64,000 bases of DNA, taken from NCBI GenBank assembly GCA_963761125.1, contig CAVXFV010000004.1, positions 392,544 to 456,543 of the forward strand, in the 5' to 3' direction. A program made the position numbers and the translations under genes. A model generated the notes under the pieces. It saw only the letters and a program-made list of their open reading frames with translations. It was not told the origin of the DNA and made no database searches. Shown here in pieces: positions 62,819-64,000 of this stretch. The stretch is from Candidatus Latescibacterota bacterium. Its GTDB lineage: Bacteria > Krumholzibacteriota > Krumholzibacteriia > WVZY01 > JAKEHA01. Position 1 is the first letter of the stretch. Each line of letters opens with the position of its first letter.

Positions 62819-64000
62819 TTACTGTCCGCCGGCCTCGACGGACGCCTTGGCGGCCGTGGCTTTGCGGGTTTCCTTCATCTGGCGCTCGAGATCGGCGACG
62901 CGCCGCTTGAGGTCGTCGAGGTCCGCGGACGCGTCGGTCTTGCCGGATGCGATCGCCTCGGCGGCGGTGATGCGGTCGGCTGCCTTGCGCGCCCGGTCGC
63001 GAACCTCCGCCACCGGATCGCTGTCCGCCACCCGGCGCAGATCGCTGACCGCCGACGTAGCGCCGATCGTCGCCAGGGCGTCGATGGTCGTTTCCCGCGT
63101 GCGCAGGAACCAGTCGTCGAGGAACGGAATCAGGAAGTCAGCGGCGCGGGCGCGGTCGCTGTCCTTCGGCAGCGCTTTGGCAAGCCCTGCGTACGTGGCG
63201 ATCGCCGTGTGGCGATGATCGCGGCGGTTTCCCGGCGTGCAGTAGGGCTTGATGCGGTCCATGACCGCGGGGTCGCCGAGGTCGCCGAGTCCCTTGAGCG
63301 CGGCCACGCGCACGATGCTGCGCTCGGATTCCGGCTTGAGTGCGGCGATGCACGTCTTCGATGCGTCGTCGGCATGCATTTTCACCAGGCTGGAGATCGC
63401 CTGAGCCTGCACACCCCACGCCGCGTCGGAGCCAACGTGGCGCGCCAGTGCCGACGCCGCGCGCTCGTCGCGGTAGAAGTCGCCGAGCGCCTCGGCGCTG
63501 GCGAGACGAACTCTTGCATCGGCGGCCTCGAGGCCCTCGATCAACGCGTCCCGCGCGCCGTCCGTTCCCGCGCGCCCGAGCGCGAGGGCCGCGTCGCGGC
63601 GCAGACCGTAAAATCCGTCGGCCATCACAACCGCCCGCAGCGCGGGAACCGTCCGCGAGTCGGAGCCCTTGTCGCCCAGCGCCTCGGCGGCACGGACGCG
63701 GGACATAAAATCGCCGTGCTCGAGCTGGTACAGGAGTTCCGTGGTCGTCTTGGGGAAGTCGAGTTCCTTGAGAATCCAGTCGCCCTTGTCGAAGATGACC
63801 ATCTTTGGTTCGGCGGGAAGCGGGAAGTAGTAGTCCTGCGTCGTGCCCTCGACGACGATGCGCTGCGTCCGGCTGCCGCCGTCCCACGTCAGCTCGACGT
63901 CGACCGGGACGCGGAACACCGGAACCAGGCCTCCCACTTTCTGCGTCTGCTCGACGTGGAGCGTGAGCACCATCTCTGCGGCGTCCCACGAGTCCGACAC
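62819..64000 (-). CDS. HEAT-repeat protein, C-terminal part (probably the C-terminus of an M1 aminopeptidase-like protein); 5' end outside the window
   Basis: Frame open to base 64000. Repeated 'RVRAAEALG', 'RRDAALALG', 'VRLASAEALG', 'VRVAALKGLG'. Coiled-coil tail 'DLDDLKRRVADLERQMKETRK'. Confidence 0.7.
   Translation of the reverse strand: MSDSWDAAEMVLTLHVEQTQKVGGLVPVFRVPVDVELTWDGGSRTQRIVVEGTTQDYYFPLPAEPKMVIFDKGDWILKELDFPKTTTELLYQLEHGDFMSRVRAAEALGDKGSDSRTVPALRAVVMADGFYGLRRDAALALGRAGTDGARDALIEGLEAADARVRLASAEALGDFYRDERAASALARHVGSDAAWGVQAQAISSLVKMHADDASKTCIAALKPESERSIVRVAALKGLGDLGDPAVMDRIKPYCTPGNRRDHRHTAIATYAGLAKALPKDSDRARAADFLIPFLDDWFLRTRETTIDALATIGATSAVSDLRRVADSDPVAEVRDRARKAADRITAAEAIASGKTDASADLDDLKRRVADLERQMKETRKATAAKASVEAGGQ

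Overview
GC-rich, very gene-dense bacterial chromosomal segment with about 58 protein-coding genes. I recognised no rRNA, tRNA, CRISPR array, transposase, integrase or obvious defence island. All calls come from reading the supplied translations and the DNA by eye; no searches were run.

Gene content, left to right:
- An AddAB/AdnAB-type helicase-nuclease locus (1-5844).
- A secreted HExxH peptidase, a HAD hydrolase and a membrane protein.
- A complete Bat-type operon, MoxR-DUF58-DUF4381-like-BatA-BatB/C-BatD-BatE (8545-16941).
- A Ser/Thr phospho-signalling island (16900-26412): an FHA coiled-coil protein, a PP2C phosphatase, a Hanks kinase with three exported partner proteins, and an FHA-GAF-HD-GYP protein.
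- The class II ribonucleotide reductase nrdJ.
- DUF1579, DinB, a B12-type radical SAM protein, mutM and an AlkA-like glycosylase.
- An Opp/Dpp-type peptide ABC importer.
- A LeuA-like synthase, a patatin and an M28 peptidase.
- An arginine deiminase pathway (arcA-arcB-arcC) nested inside an ABC-2 transporter operon.
- RluA, Ppx/GppA, a GT39-like/TPR glycosyltransferase and an orphan GAF-PAS histidine kinase.
- A complete F1Fo operon, atpZ-I-B-E-F-H-A-G-D-C.
- A 5'-truncated HEAT-repeat protein at the right edge.

Most notable observations:
1. Five genes (HAD hydrolase, moxR, the Ser/Thr kinase, a lipoprotein and the essential atpF) are each broken by a single-base frame change, four of them at or next to a short homopolymer (the atpF site is not resolved). 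This looks like consensus indel error rather than gene decay. A sixth such event may separate the AddA-type helicase from its nuclease.
2. The FHA/PP2C divergent intergenic region holds a perfect 9-nt inverted repeat whose two arms are the -24 elements of two back-to-back sigma54-like promoters. Weaker -24/-12-like motifs precede the kinase and the histidine kinase.
3. An FHA-GAF-HD-GYP fusion suggests phospho-threonine signalling coupled to c-di-GMP turnover.
4. The ADI pathway has no ArcD-type antiporter in the window and is embedded in an ABC-2 transporter operon that ends with a secreted aminopeptidase.

The Bat operon, the short ATP synthase epsilon subunit and the mix of strong-SD and SD-less starts suggest an uncultivated FCB-superphylum-like or Gemmatimonadota-like lineage. 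That placement is inference only.
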